Of a DNA stretch of 64,000 nt, positions 13,086 to 27,633 are shown piece after piece; position 1 is the stretch's first letter; the number at the start of each line of letters is the position of its first letter. The notes beneath the pieces were generated by a model. It did not search any database and was not told where the DNA came from. It saw only the letters and a program-made list of their open reading frames with translations. Where the stretch lies: NCBI GenBank assembly GCA_951406725.2, contig OX597818.1, positions 27,094,001-27,158,000 of the forward strand, given 5' to 3'. The position numbers were made by a program, and so were the translations under genes. This stretch comes from Octopus vulgaris (taxonomy: Eukaryota).

Positions 13086-14960
13086 TTACTGGCAGAGGTA
13101 GAAGATTGCCTCTTTACCAATCCTTAAGTTTTTATTAAAGTAAATTGGTTCTCTTATGAATTCATCAAATAAATTAGGCTCCATCTTATTTGTAAACTTG
13201 TCAAAGGCAGAAATACAATCATGCCAAAAATAATTCCTGATAGTGTTAGCTAGTTTGCTCGGGAAAACGTTACAAAATACAGCTAAATTTTTCAGTTTTG
13301 TGGAGGAAGCATGGCATAAGAGTTTCCATTTGGATTCATAGTGAATGTCCATCAACTTTCTCATCCAGGATAGTTTTAAAGAGTTGATGAAAGCAAAAGC
13401 TTCTACCATACCAAGTCCACCTTCTTTAACAGGCTTACAAGCAACAACTCTCTTAATTTTTTCCGGTTTTCCACTCCAGAGAAATTTAAATATTATTGTG
13501 TTTAGTTCCTGAAGAAATTTACCCAGTGGATTTGGTAGAGTAAGGAAGAGGTTGTTCAATTTTGAAATGAGTAGTGATTTTATAACCGCAATTCTACCCA
13601 TTGGTGCAATTATTTTTTTCATTTATCTATTAATTATTACCTGAATTTCAAATAATTTATTTTCAAAATTCTTTTTGGCCATGTCCTTTAAATCTATTGA
13701 GAATATTACACCTAAAAGCTTGAAGTGACTTGAGTTCCATTTTATATTTAAATTAGGTATTTGACTACACTACCTCTTCTTGAATCTATTCATATTACCT
13801 GAGACTTATCATAGTTAATTTTAAGTCCGTATATATCAGCGAAGAAATTCAAGGTATCTACTGTAGCTTCAAAAGACTCTTGTGAACCGTCTAAAATGAA
13901 CTCTGTATCATCAGCATATTGCATTAACAGATATTCCCCATCATCAACTGTAATTCCTTTAATATTTTGAATTTTTCTTATTAGACCAGCCAGGGCCTCA
14001 ACACATAGGATAAAAATATATGGAGAGAGAGGATCACCCTGTCCACATTCCCCGCTCAACAGGGAGCCAAGGAGACAATGTACGGCTAATTAACAGGCAA
14101 GATCTAGCACAATTGTACAGAACATTGAATCATTTACGGATGTCATCACCAAAGCCAAAAAAAGCTAGTATCTTGTTTATAAATGACCATGAAACAGAAT
14201 TGAATGCCTTCTCAAAATCTATTAAAAACAACATTCCCAGTATGTCATTTGATTCTGTGTAATTCATCAGTATATCACTCTTATGTTTCCCCAATGTGTC
14301 TATTATATATGAAACCTGTTTGAACAGTACTAATCAACTTTGGAAGGATACTTTTAAACCTCTCAGCAATAACAGATGAAAGTAGTTTGTAAGCAGTATT
14401 GAGAAGTGAAATAGGTCTCCAGTTCTTCTTCTTCAAAAAAAAAACTCTTGGGCTTATCTCCTTTTGGAATACAGGTAATAATACCTTGCTTCTGTGTCAC
14501 TGATAGATAATCCTTAGCAAAGCTATAGTTGAATGATCTCAACAAAAATGGAGATAAATCCTTCCAAAAGAATTTATAAAAATCATAGGTGAACCCATGA
14601 TTTTTATTGTTCTTTGTCTTTTTTCAAACATTTCAAAAGTTCATCATGAGTTATTGGACCTTCCAATGAGTTAGAATCTCCTTTACTAAGCCTATATAAG
14701 TCCCCTTCAGAAAAAAGTTCAAGATCACAATCTTTTAACACATGCTCCTTAGAAGAATACAATCTTTCATAAAATGTTGCTTCAAGAACAATATCCTTTG
14801 TATTTTCAACAGTAGATCCATTATCTAACTCCAATAGGGCCATGCCTTTACTTATAAAATTCTTATTTTCTAGATTGCAAAAATAACAGCTAACCTTCTC
14901 CCTTTCATCTATGCACTTGGCCTTCGAGCGAATTATAATACCCTCCATTTTGGATGCAGA
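13086..14960 (-). mobile_element. Tx1/L1-clade LINE ORF2 reverse transcriptase, fragmented pseudogene
   Basis: Collinear ORF pieces: IIIRSKAKCIDERE.VSCYFCNLE, GIITCIPKGDKP, GQGDPLSPYIFILCVEALA, MQYADDT, GRIAVIKSLLISKL..FLWSGK..KEGGLG. Confidence 0.92.
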
Positions 14961-15604
14961 AATTTGATAAGATGACAGCAGAAAATCTCTAGCTCAACGT
15001 AGGGTATCACCTTGGAAGATACATCTCTTCTTATTTTGATATAACAATTTCTCTGAATATTGTCGTTACACGTATAACGAATTTTAATACAAAAAGAGAA
15101 ATGAAACGTTTCGGTTTCTCGATTTCAACGGTTTGATGTTATTTCAAATATTTTCAAACAGAATTGTGAGCATCTTATAACTGTTTTTCAAAAGCTAGAA
15201 ACCTTGAGCGGCCTACTTTAGCCATTATAAATTGAATTATACACAGTTTAAGGAGAAAAATACTCATTTAACACACAGCAGCGAGAAAGAAAGAGATAAA
15301 GATCCTAAACACTGTTTATGGAATATGTCAGTTTTAAATTTAGAACTAAGCAGATTTAGTGGCAGTAACCTAGATTAAGATGTTTTCATTTTATATATTG
15401 TCAGCACAAGGTCAGTAATGAAATTTAGTAGCGATGTATAATTTACAAACAAGAAAAACAATATTGAGAGAAAAAAATATTGCAGCAGTTTTCAAGATTA
15501 TTTTTTATTAGTAAATAAAGAATAATATATCTGAAGACATTTATATTAACAAAGATCGGGAAAGAAAAGAACAGATTAACATTTCTGAGTAACCGGGAAA
15601 GGGT

Positions 15605-15645
<41 letters not shown>

Positions 15646-17541
15646 TGAGCGTGTGTGTGTGTGTGGGGGGGGGAGCCAGAGAGACGGAGCGGAGGGGGAG
15701 GCCAGAGAGAGTGAGGCGGAAAAGCCAGGTAATGGAAGAGAAGGGAAGGGAAGAACTAGTTCCATGAAGACACTGAATGTAGGAACTAGAAATAGTGAGA
15801 GACATGTGGAAGTTAATTTAATATTTAATAATAATAATATATATTTAAATGTTAGTACGTGACAAAAAAGCTCTGGTTTCTCTAGAATGGTTCAATAGAA
15901 TGAATGAGGTAACAGACGGGGCAGATTGTAAAAAGGGAATCTAGAAAAAAAAGTGAGCTGGAAAAGGCATTCACACAGACAAAGAGGTTCAAGATAGTGA
16001 CTTTAATGAAGGAAAGGAAGGGAATCTATAGAAGCAATATTAATACTAAGAGTAAAAAAAAAAAAGAAAGGCAAGTGAAAGATGTGAGTGAAAAATGAGA
16101 AAGCTATATGAAACGAGATATGGACAATATAAAAACAAAGATTTAGAAGAGCTAATGTAAAGTGAATGTTGTCATTATGAGAAAGACATGATAAAGATGT
16201 GTGAAAGGAAGAATAGTGGAAAGGAAATAGCGAGAGAAAATGAACAAACACAGCCCAGTAGAACGACAGAGATAGATAGCTAATGGGAAAAAATGGTAAG
16301 AGATGTGTATGTGTAGAGAGAACAAATATTTATTTGAAGAAATACAGATAGAAAAACGGCAGCTAGCACAGTGTATTTGTCATGTATGTGTGCATATATG
16401 TATAAATAATATGTGCGTGTGTGTGTATATATATATGTATGTGTGTGTGTATATGTGAATACATACATACAGGGAAAGAGAGGGAGGCAAAGATTAGTAA
16501 AAGGACACAAAGAGGACAGTGAGAGAAATAAGGAAGAGAAGAAAAAGGATCATAAGGAAGAGAGAGAGAGGGAGAGACTGTGTATAATGAATGAGGTGAC
16601 AAGAAATAGATTATTAAAAACAGAAATCTAAGAAAGCAAGCTGAAGAAAGAAAAATGTGATTCCAGATTGACCAGTCATAAATATATATATCTGAAGATA
16701 CGCCGTAAGGCAAAACCCCTTACGAGCGAGAAACCCAGGGTAACCCCCATAAACGCCTACCTCACAATAATATATATATATACTCACACACACACTTATA
16801 TTTATATATGTATGTATATATAATTATAATACGTATACACATATATGTAAATGTGTGTGTGTGTGTTTGTGTATATATATATATGTGTGTGTGTAGAGAG
16901 AGAGTAGTAGTGTGCCTTTTTTGATATATGTGTGTGTATATATTTTTTTATATATATTCATAAATGGTCAATCTGATTATATATGCGTATATATATATAT
17001 ATATACATATATTATGAGTATATATGCGTATATACACATGAGTGTATATTGTATATTTTATATTATGTATATGTATGTGTACAAGCGTGATTATGCATAT
17101 ATTGCACGAAATGAAAACAATAGATGCAGAATAGAATTGAAAGAATGAGAGATAGATAGATAGAGAGAGAGAGGGAGCGGAGTAAAAAGACAAAGGGATG
17201 CGAGCCAATAAGAGAAAAATGTCAAAGAAAGAGGGATAACCAAAGAGAAGGAAATATTGAAAGATATAGGGAGATATGTAAATAGAGAAAAATGAGAAAT
17301 TGAGGGAAAGAGAGAAAAAATGGGAAGCTATAGAAGATATGAAGTGAGGGGTGAATATTCAGAGGTAGAGAAGGTGAAGAATGAGAGATACTTGAGGCAT
17401 TCGAAAGAAACAATAAAAGTAGGAAATCTGTCTTCGAACACAATGACCAGAAAACAATAAAATGTTATAGGTTAAGATAATAAATCTTTTCCCATAACAT
17501 TACCCTTGTCTGTTATTTTATATATATAGACATATCTCTGT

Positions 17542-17694
<153 letters not shown>

Positions 17695-20600
17695 AGATTG
17701 GCATATATATAATGTATTCACGATATTTGTTATTTTTGAAAAATCACACATTTATTGACCATTATATATACTTGGTATTTGTGTATACACACATTTACAC
17801 GCATGTATATTTCGCGTTACCGCTTCTTTTCAAACGGCGGTAACGTGAAACTCAGTTATATATAAAATTCTTTATGCTTGTGCATATTATATATATATAT
17901 ATATAGGTGAGTGTAATACGTTTGCGTATATGTACGTACACACACACGCATACACATACATGAATACATTTTATATAAATATATATTTACATAGGCATAA
18001 TGTATGTAGCTCATATGTAAATGTAGATTGATTATGATTGTATAAATTAAATTTAATGAGTATAGATTCGCTTATATTTTAAAACATTCTAAAACTGACG
18101 TGTATAGAAAACGGGAAGAAAGGGTTGATAAATTGACAATGAATTGCTAATAGCGGCACGTATCATGTCATGTGACCAAAGTATTTACCTCATTTAAATA
18201 AAATATGATGGCCAACATGGTATCACGTGGCTGCAGCACACTATGTCGCCGTGTTTCTTTGTTAACAATTAGGTGCTATTACTACCTCCACTACCACCAC
18301 TCAAAACATGTTTGCGACCATGCCATCTGGCTTAACCAGTTTTATTTTCTCTCATATCCCAACCATTATAAGACTTTTGCAAGTAAAATAAATTGCACAA
18401 GAACAAAGCACACGCAATACACTCGTTGTTTTAATGGTTGTTACATTATATTATTTTGCATAGACTTTCAGGTTTCGGTTGAAAATCCCAATGATTTCGG
18501 TACCTTCCAACTAATTTTCCCTCCAGCAGTATTAAGCAGCAGGGAATGTCCAGGTTCTTTTATTCCATATGTCATCGTAGCACGCTTTTTCAGCGGTCTT
18601 GGAGAATAACGTGCCGTTTTATCTTCCGTAAATTTCAGTTTTCCTTTCAGTTTCGCGAACAAACGAATATCTATAATAATGTTATAAAAATAAGAATTTT
18701 AAACAAATGAAGGAAATATTCATATGCGTAATTAAAAAAAAAAAAAGAAAAGGCGAATCTATTTTTAACATGCCGCTTTCACTTTTGTCGGACTGGTATC
18801 AGTTTGTTTTGCGTACGCGGAAGAATTCCTTCATAGTCCGTGTTGCTACCACTTCGAACTGCAATTAATATTTATTATTTTTGTGTTGATATTTTTACGT
18901 TGTTCATATTTGTTGTGGTTTAAGATGAGTATGTATGATTACATCAAATCGTTTAGAATTTTTATTTATTATATTGAAGTAGAAGGGTGTGGTTATTAGA
19001 GAGATTTGGTTGTGCCTTGTAATCAACCTAGCAGCTACATAGAGGCTCCACCATAAAACAAGAAGAAAAAAAATGAACAACGCAAAAATATCCTGAATTG
19101 TATATCAAAATAGCCCCTATGACAATACGCACGGCGTCTAAATATTTCTGCTGTCACCTTATACGATTTGACAAAGTGAAAGCGGCACTTTATAGTAAAC
19201 AGTTAGCTAACCAAAGTATTTATATTTTTATATGAACCAGCAAATCCATGGAATAAATAATTACAGAACACGAATGCAGCAAGTGTGGAAGCTAATAGAT
19301 TCCTCCCGCCCGCTTTACCAAACCAGGGGTGGTTGCAACCGTCCAACGCTTTTTTAATCATTGCAATGTGTTTCTTTGTTACATTTGCATATTCTAAATT
19401 TTTGTTCTTATTTTCAGATTATTTGTCGACTCTTCCAATCAGTAGCACATGTTCTCTAGTTTCCTATGGTGATAAACAATTCCATATAAACTTGTAAATC
19501 ATATTGATGCTTTTCGGGGTTTTTAGGTATCAATACAAAATTTTACCTCTTCTTTTTGTCAGGTGGTTGAAAACAGCGTCGAGGATAGTAAACGAATAGC
19601 AAACAAAAAAATCACAAATTCTTTAGCTGTTGCATTTGATTGTGTCGTTTATTATCACATATCTCTCGAAATCCGTCTTTAGTGGGTTATAATTCCATTC
19701 GCATCTAGGATGCCTTATAGAAATATGGGTCGGATTTCGGATTAGGTATCGCATATTTCATCGGAAATGAAAAAAGTTATGTACCATGCCGCAGTATGTT
19801 ATTCTTCCGTGCTACACACTGAGAGAAAGGCCATACTCAGTTGTATTTCATGGCTCCGCAAATGTTTTAGCAATATGCTGTCTTTAGTCACTGCGGAGGT
19901 TGGATTTTGCTCTTGGTTTCGCAGTTACGCACGCATTTAAAGTATGTAATTCTTTAAAAGCTGGTGCTTACTGGATCCCTTAAGAAACCAGGGCTGGCGT
20001 TATACGCTACATTATCTTTCCAGTGCTTTCACAATCACAACCAGTGCATTGAGTACGGCTTTAACAAAGCTGCATCTACTGAAGTCCTACTTCATCTCAC
20101 TTATCAGTGGGCCCTCGCTTTGCGAGAACTTTTGTTGAAGATTGAGTTGTTGCGTTCAACTTGGCGAAGAAGCATTCAACTACGACAGGCTCTATCCATT
20201 TCTCGCCTCGGCGCGGTAGCTTCCTGCCAGATCGCATCATAGCAGCTACACCGATGGAGCCCTCCCTGACCCCTCTGCTCGATTTTGTCTCATCCCACTC
20301 TTTCTCCTATATTTCAACGAACTACTTGCCCATGCAGTCACCAGCGTCCATCCTATGTAGATTATACCACCCTTTATTCCTCTCTAACCTTTCACACTGA
20401 AGCATTATCGATAGGCGACATAGACAACTCAGGCCAAGTCTGCAAATGCCATGAAGAGGTCTCGAAGACATCTGAAAATGGATCATGCCAATCTTGGCTC
20501 CTTCAACAACACAAGACGTAACTATTGTAGACATCAAGAAAATGTTATTAACGTACTTCTCCTTGAATTATGAACATGTAACAAGAACCACTAGGGTCGC

Positions 20601-20726
20601 TACAAGTGTCAGGCCTCATCATCACTGGCGAACGTTCATACTCATCATAGTAGAGACTGTATTTTTTCAGGGTTTACGTCAACTATCATCAACGACTAAC
20701 CATCTATGAAGCTCTGGTTACTACTA

Positions 20727-20797
<71 letters not shown>

Positions 20798-20805
20798 ATC
20801 TAAAA

Positions 20806-21048
20806 GGATCAAAGATCCTTCCCGAACCATAGGCTCATTAGGCTGGTGTCCCAGATTCTGTGGCGTAGATATTTCCTATGTGAACGAGACGTCGGTCCGC
20901 CGCATGATTACTCATTTTTTGTCAGCTCTGTGGATTGGAGCAACGCGAAATGAAGTGTTTTGCTCAAGAATACAACACATCACCCGGTCCAGGAATCGAA
21001 ATCACAATCTTACAATCATGAATGCAACTCCCTAACCACTAAGCTACG

Positions 21049-21050
<2 letters not shown>
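20806..21050 (-). mobile_element. tRNA-derived SINE (family C)
   Basis: Minus strand begins GTAGCTTAGTGGTTAGG (A box) and GATTTCGATTCCTGG (B box), followed by non-tRNA body. Confidence 0.7.
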
Positions 21051-21090
<40 letters not shown>

Positions 21091-21499
21091 CATACATACA
21101 TATATGCACGATAGCTGTCGACTCGTTAATCGAGTATGACTCTTCTCACCACCAGCGCTGACAGAATATACACAGACACCAAACTAGTTAAAAACCAACG
21201 ACGCACAAACTTGTAGGAAATATCGAGCTGAATATTTATAGTTTAAAATTATTAGATGCTGTGCGACCGAGATTGACTCTTCAGTTCAGCAAGAGATTTA
21301 CAAATCTTTTTACAAAGACGACATGAAAATGCTTGATTTCTCTGTAAAGACTACTGGAAATTGTTACTGATATTTCATGTCCCTTGTCAACCCAGATTTA
21401 CTTCTGCAGATCTTACAGCAAACAGAGTAAGATAATTGATCAGACTGTAACTGTGAAAAGTTAGTAGAAGGCCTAATTACGTGCTTCCGCTAAGGCTAA

Positions 21500-24096
21500 T
21501 TAGTCCAACTTGAGAGACAGATACTCTTGTAGCTATCACAAGTTAGGAGAGAAGGATCATTGGCCACAAGCAAACCCTTTCTTGCCTCCCATTTTATCTG
21601 TGCATGTTTCAGTTTATTATCTTCAAACAAGGCAGCGCCTGCTCGGAGTTTTCTCCCCCTTTTTGGTCGGACCATTACATAACTCTTCTAGTCTATAAGC
21701 ATCATATGAAAAAAATTTCAGAGTTACTTATTAAATCTTTGAAATGCAATTTTAGTTTACACTGAGGCCTCTTTGCTCCTTTTTTTTCCCTACATAATAT
21801 TTGCTTGGGCATGCGCTGATTAGATTCCATTATAAGATGGCCAATCCAGCGAATTGTGTCGATGAATTTTAGCTTCAATGCGATCCACACCAGCGCATGT
21901 AAGTACTTCAGAATCTGGTACTTTGTGCATTCATTTGATTTTCAGAATAGAGTGCAATCATTGCCGATGAAATAACTCTAATAATGTGAGGTGTTTCCTA
22001 TATACTGCCTCTGTCTCACATAGATAAATAAGGGATGAACCTCTGTATTTTTGGTAATATTTCTATTATTTTTGGTAATATTTCTATTAGACTTAACTCG
22101 CCCTTCAAGATTCTTTAAAGCCAGAGAATCTTTTTGAAGACGATTCGTTATTTCATCATTTAAAGAACAAATATGATTAAGCACACTTCCAAGATATGTA
22201 AATTTATCTATAACATTCAGTTTTGTTTTTTGAAGAAAAATCGCAGGTTCATAATATAAGTTCGAGGTTGGTTGAAACATAACAGGGTTATCTAAACTTG
22301 TTAACCCAAAGGCCGTACATGACTCATCAACTTTAAGCACTAGGTGTCGCATGTCTCTGATTTAATAGGTTACCAAGTTACTGTCATCTGCATACAACAT
22401 ACAATAAATCTCTTATTAGAAAGGTAAACGTTTTAATTTTTGCTGACAACTTTCCTAAATTAAATAATTTATCGGAGCTTCTATAATGAATATATACACC
22501 TTTTTGCAATCTTTGAATGCATTTGCAAGTACAACCGAAAAGTATAGAGAAAATAACTTTGGTCCAAGAATATCTCCCTGCTTCACACCATTTTCCACTT
22601 TAATAGGTTCTGAAAGAACACCTCCAACGTTAACAATTGCATCCATGTCATCATAAAAAGACCTTATCAAGTTCGCGAAATGTAACGGGCTGCCATGCTT
22701 ACACAAAACCTTCCATAATGCCTGCCTGTTTACTTAGTCAAAGGCCTTTGTTAAATCAACAAAGATATGAACTAAATCTAGATTTTATTCTCGATATTTT
22801 TCTTGCACCTGAAGTGCAGAAAAGATCATATCCCTAGTATCCTTATTTGGTTTAATAGCACATTTAGATTCTGGGAGAGCATTCGGTGAAATCTTATCGT
22901 TTAATCGTGTAAGAAGAAACCCAGCAAGTACTTTGTCAGTAGTAGATAAGAGTGTAGTTCCTTTTGAATGTCCACATTTATCTCAGGTTCCTTTTCCCTT
23001 GTAAATGGGGATCGTAACACCATTTCCCCAAGCTTCGGTACTTTTCCTATCTTTTATATTTCAAAAGTTATTTTATGCATTAATTTTGCCACGTGGTAAC
23101 CTCCAAACCTGAAAATCTCTGCTGCGATTCCATCTTCCTGTTGTTTTTCCAAGATGAAGTTTACTAATCAAGATCTGAACCTCTTCAATTGAAGGAACAT
23201 TATCTAATTCATATATGATTGGCATTCGCTGAAGACTGGGAATGAAGTTATCATTGGCATTAGAATTTTGGATAAATAAGTTACAAAAATTCTCCTTCCA
23301 TCGTTTTACAATAGCTTCCATTGATGTTAAGAGTGTTTCCCCATTGCTTAAGCTAGAGGTATAATTCTTGAAGGTTTAGGACCATATGCTTTTTTTTTAT
23401 GAGAACATAAAAACATTTTAGAATCAAGACAATCAGCAGCTTATTGAATATCTTTTGACCAATTTTCTTCATACCTCTTATTGCTCTCTACCTCTGTTTC
23501 ACTCTTTTCAGCTCATCTTGTATCTTTTTTGCGTCTAATAGAAGATAAACTATTCTGAAGAAGTGACGTCTATTGAGGTGAACTGTATTCACTTCAATAG
23601 ACGTCATTGATTGGTTGAAATCGCCGAAATACGAGAAATTTAACAACAAATAGCTTACAAACTACAGAATTTTCTCAAGAACGCCAAGAGAAAAAGATGT
23701 TTTATGTGACACATTCTACCAGTATACGAAGTTTAAAAGTGCTTAGCTACAAACAAAATTTTTTTTAATCTGCCGGTCAAAGTGAAAAGATCCCGTATCT
23801 CCTTTCTGGGACTCATCAAGAGGACAGATGATTGGAAATACGCTGTTTGAGAGAGTTCTCAGTGCACTCTACGTACTTCTGTGTGCTTTGGTGACCGCAA
23901 GATGGCAGTGCGGTCGAAGATCGATGAACAATGGCGAAGGGAGATAATCACCTACGGTTTTTACCCTTAAAAACGAGGCTTTTCCCCCGCCATATTTTAA
24001 AGAGGTCTCAGGCCAGCAGTGTTTGGGGTCTGAATATACGCCGTAAGGCTAAACCACCTATGAGCGAGAAACCCAGCGTAACCCCATAAACCGGCC
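21500..24096 (-). mobile_element. RTE (BovB-like) LINE, heavily decayed, with probable 5' leader retained
   Basis: IVKRWKENF..LF, NGVKQGDILGPKLFSLYF, LYADD (about 22382-22396), FTYLGS, IRWIGHLIME..RMPKQIL; leader at 23990-24096. Confidence 0.85.
23563..23793. mobile_element. Half of a GGATC-TIR foldback MITE inserted in the LINE
   Basis: Ends ...AAAAGATCC like the 44.6/46.8/61/63 kb elements; central hairpin TGACGTCTATTGAGGTGAA/TTCACTTCAATAGACGTCA. Confidence 0.7.
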
Positions 24097-24110
24097 TACT
24101 CCACTACAAT

Positions 24111-24505
24111 ATTATTTTTGTACATAGGCACAAGGCCAGAAAATTTTTTTTGAGGGGGAGGCCAGTCAATTAGATCGACCTCAGTACGCAACTGGTACTT
24201 AATTAATCGACCCTGACAGGATGAAAGGTAAACTCGACCTCGGTGGAATTTGAACTCAGAACATAAAAACAGACAAAATACCTATTTCTTTACTACCCAC
24301 AAGGGGCTAAATACAGAGAGGACAGACAAACGGATTAAGTCGATTATATCGACCCCAGTGCGTAACTGGTACTTAATTTATCGACCCCGAAAGGATGAAA
24401 GGCAAAGTCGGCCTCGGCGGAATTTGAACTCAGAACGTAGCGACGGGCGAAATACCACTAAACATTTCGCCCGGCGTGCTAACGTTTCTGCCAGCTCGCC
24501 GCCTT
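24111..24505 (-). mobile_element. tRNA-derived CORE-type SINE (family B), dimeric body
   Basis: Head GGCGGCGAGCTGGCAGAAACG..GAGTTCAAATTCC; central CCGAGG(T/C)CGA..TT(G/A)CCTTTCATCCT..CGGGGTCGAT..ATTAAGTACC present twice. Confidence 0.85.
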
Positions 24506-24600
24506 ACCCCACTATAATATTAACTGCTCTTAGAGTGTGCTTCTCCTCCGGATTTATGTATTTCTACAATACATAATATGTATATGCATATATATGTATA

Positions 24601-24684
<84 letters not shown>

Positions 24685-25567
24685 TCTAGTCTAAAGTAAT
24701 GAAGTCTTTAGGATGTCTCTTTGTTTAGAAGACCACGAAAACTTTAGTCTCTGTTGTGTCACTAATGTGTTTGCATTTATGTATGTGGTGTTCTCTGTTG
24801 TCCTTTCATTGTATTGATTCCAAGTTGTTGATGGTTTTTCTTTGGATATGGTCTGTATATAGGGATAGCATTTACCACAATGGAGGTATAGATGGTTGAA
24901 CTTCATGAGCATATATGAGATTTTATTGCATTTTTTCAGGTAGCGTATAAGTCAAAAATTAGATTGTGGTTCATATTAGGTGATGCCAGATATTTAAATT
25001 GATTTTCACTAAGTGTTTATTGTTGATCTGATGGGTAGCCATATTCCACAAGGTCAATTGCCCCAACCGCACAGTTGGAGATATTGAATTTCATTTTCCA
25101 TATATGAAAGCTGGAAAAGCAGCTGGTCCATCAGGGATAGTGGCTGAAGTGTTGAAAATATCGAGCTAAGTAGGTCACACACTAGTCACCCACACAGCCA
25201 CTCAAATAGTACAGCGAGATTCATATGTAGCGACGGTGTAGCTTGTCATTATCAACTGTAACAAAGGAAACATAATGCTCTAAAGCAATTTTTTCAAGGT
25301 GGAACGCACATCTCGCCGGTAGGAAATGGGTTACTTTTGAATAGAGCCTAAGCAAGTAAACACGTATATAAAACTTACAATAAAGTTTGAAAACTTCTTT
25401 TGAATACACACACACACACACGTTGATTTTTTTTGGCCGTTATGTGTATAACTTGCCTGAAGATCCTGCGCACCCACAGCAAGAGACTGACTCGACCAAA
25501 ATAAAATATATTATTAATCTCTCCTATGTTATTAAGTACTCTTTTCCCACGACACTTAACATTAACC

Positions 25568-25614
<47 letters not shown>

Positions 25615-25829
25615 ATATACTTGCTTTGTCCGGTCATTTTGGGATGCGTACTCTTTCTTTATATATTTTCTTTTTCGAAAATCGTATGGAGCATTAGAGT
25701 AAAAAGGTTGAGAAACATCGCCTTAAAGAGAGGGACAACTCCACAAGCATAAAATTACTAAACTAGATTATGAAGAGAATCTGACTAGACGAGTTACAGT
25801 GCGAGTGCCCTGTTCTTGGTGAGAAGTAT

Positions 25830-27045
25830 GATTAAACCATTCTCGAGCATTCGTCGACATGGAGAAGGCCTTTACAAGGGTTCGACAAGGAACTACTTTG
25901 TGGTCTTGTGGTCGCGAAGAAAACGATGTTGATGAATAGGTTGTGAGAGTCGTGCATGCCATGTACAGAGGAGTAGCTAGTAAGGTGAAAGTTTATAATT
26001 AGTTCAGTGACGAATTTAACGTGCAACTGGATGTCAATCAGGGCTCAGTCATCAGCTTTTTATTCATTGTAGTTCTCTATGTCATCAGAATGGAATTTAG
26101 GGTTGGTTGTTCACAGGAATACCTGTATGACTAAGATCTCATAGTTAAATCTATGGAAGATTTAGAGAAGAAATCCTAAACGTAGAAGCAAAATCTAGAA
26201 TTGAGAAGCTTCAACCTAAACTGGTTATAGACTAACATTTTAATTTGTATGATAGAAAGTAGGACTCGACTGCCATCCCGGTTGTGACTGTACTTGATAT
26301 ACCCAAGTGGCATTGGTAAAAATTCCATATGGCATTTCACTATGGACGCACAAGAGGTATAAGGAATCACAGGTAATCTGACAGTGAAGGCAGATTTCAT
26401 ACATAGTAGATGCACGGGAGTAGCCAACAGCAAAGGTGCACGTGAAATAGATTCCTTTTGCATGTTCGAAAAGTTCCCTAAATCTAGTTGATTGCTGTTG
26501 TTACCTAGGTGACGTAATTAGTTTTAAAGGTGTGTGTTCTAAAGACATGGCCTCCAGAGTAAGATCAGAATGCAAAGCCTTCAGGGAACAATTACTTCTA
26601 CTAGTAAGAAAGTGTTTCTCTCTCAGAGTAAAAGGAAGATTGTATGCTGTTTATATACAAAGTGCGATGCTGCGTGATAGTGGGCCTTGAATGCAGAAAA
26701 TTTGTGAAAACTAGATAGAAATGAAACGAGCATACTCCACTAAATATATAATGGTAGTATGCAAAAACAATGGAGTACAAATGAAATTGGCAATAAAAGG
26801 AATTTTATGTAGCGTGCAACGATGAAGTCTACACTGGTACAAGCATGTGGTGCTTATGTTCTCAGTTGTATAAAGAAATGTCATACATTTCAAGTGGATG
26901 GAATTTGTGCAAAAGGGAGGCAAGGAAGAATTGGGAGAAAATGATAAAAATGGATCTCAAAAGGCTGAACTTCACGAAGGAGATGTCGAAAGACTGCATT
27001 AAGTCGCGAAATATTGCGTTAAAGAAGACCCATCCAAGCCATATG
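25830..27045 (+). mobile_element. RTE-LINE RT/C-terminal region, decayed
   Basis: TTCGTCGACATGGAGAAGGCCTT (FVDMEKAF), CAGGGCTCAGT (QGSV), CTCAGAGTAAAAGGAAGATTGTAT (LRVKGRLY); homologous to the 41-42.6 kb copy. Confidence 0.75.
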
Positions 27046-27593
27046 ATAAATGAACTTTAAAAAATTATCATTCATAATTATAATCATAACCTTAGAGGTT
27101 GGGACGCTTAATTATTACATTTGGGCCTCTCTCGCCCAATATGTTCTTGTTAAATGTTCTTGCCTCCAGTCATCTTGGTGGTCATTCACGAAAATCTTAC
27201 ATCTAGTTATTTTAAAATCTTACAGTAACGGTAAGACTATTCGCTGATATAGCCTAAGAATATTGCTTCATGTCTGGCGTTCAGATTGACTCCCACTATA
27301 GTTCATATTTAATTTTAATTTACAATTCGGTCTTGTTAGTTTGACTTTTAGTAGGAGCAGCCATTTATATAATGATTGTTCTCATGATAAAAAGTATTAT
27401 TTTAATTTATTAAAATCTCTTGGTTTATTACAACAAGTGTGCTTGCACTCACTTTGCCATTAAGTTTTCATACAGCAAGCGTCCAAGGTTATTCTTCTCT
27501 GTGCATTATTTCAATATATTATGCAACTCGGTTTCACGAAAGACCTATACCTCCCTAATTGTTATATGATCTGGCAGAACCGGTTAAACTATG

Positions 27594-27633
27594 CTTCGCT
27601 GATGGGTGTAAGAGTACCGAAACATGTCTGGAG
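27594..27633 (+). ncRNA. Minimal type I hammerhead ribozyme motif (A9 lost or mutated)
   Basis: CTTCG-CTGATG-GGTG-taagag-TACC-GAA-ACATGT-C-TGGAG: stem I CTTCG/TGGAG, stem II GGTG/TACC, palindromic stem III ACATGT, GUC site. Confidence 0.55.

Noticed and set aside
17810-17850. Hairpin TTTCGCGTTACCGC/GCGGTAACGTGAAA
   Set aside because: Single short inverted repeat with no context; most likely a MITE remnant
18205-18662. Overlapping ORFs of 134 aa (+) and 64 aa (-) in unique sequence
   Set aside because: No recognisable domain or confident splice structure
25452-25498. CTGAAGA-tcCTG..CAGc-aaGAGA-CTGACTC, possible decayed hammerhead
   Set aside because: GAAA box is mutated and stems are poor; cannot be supported from one copy
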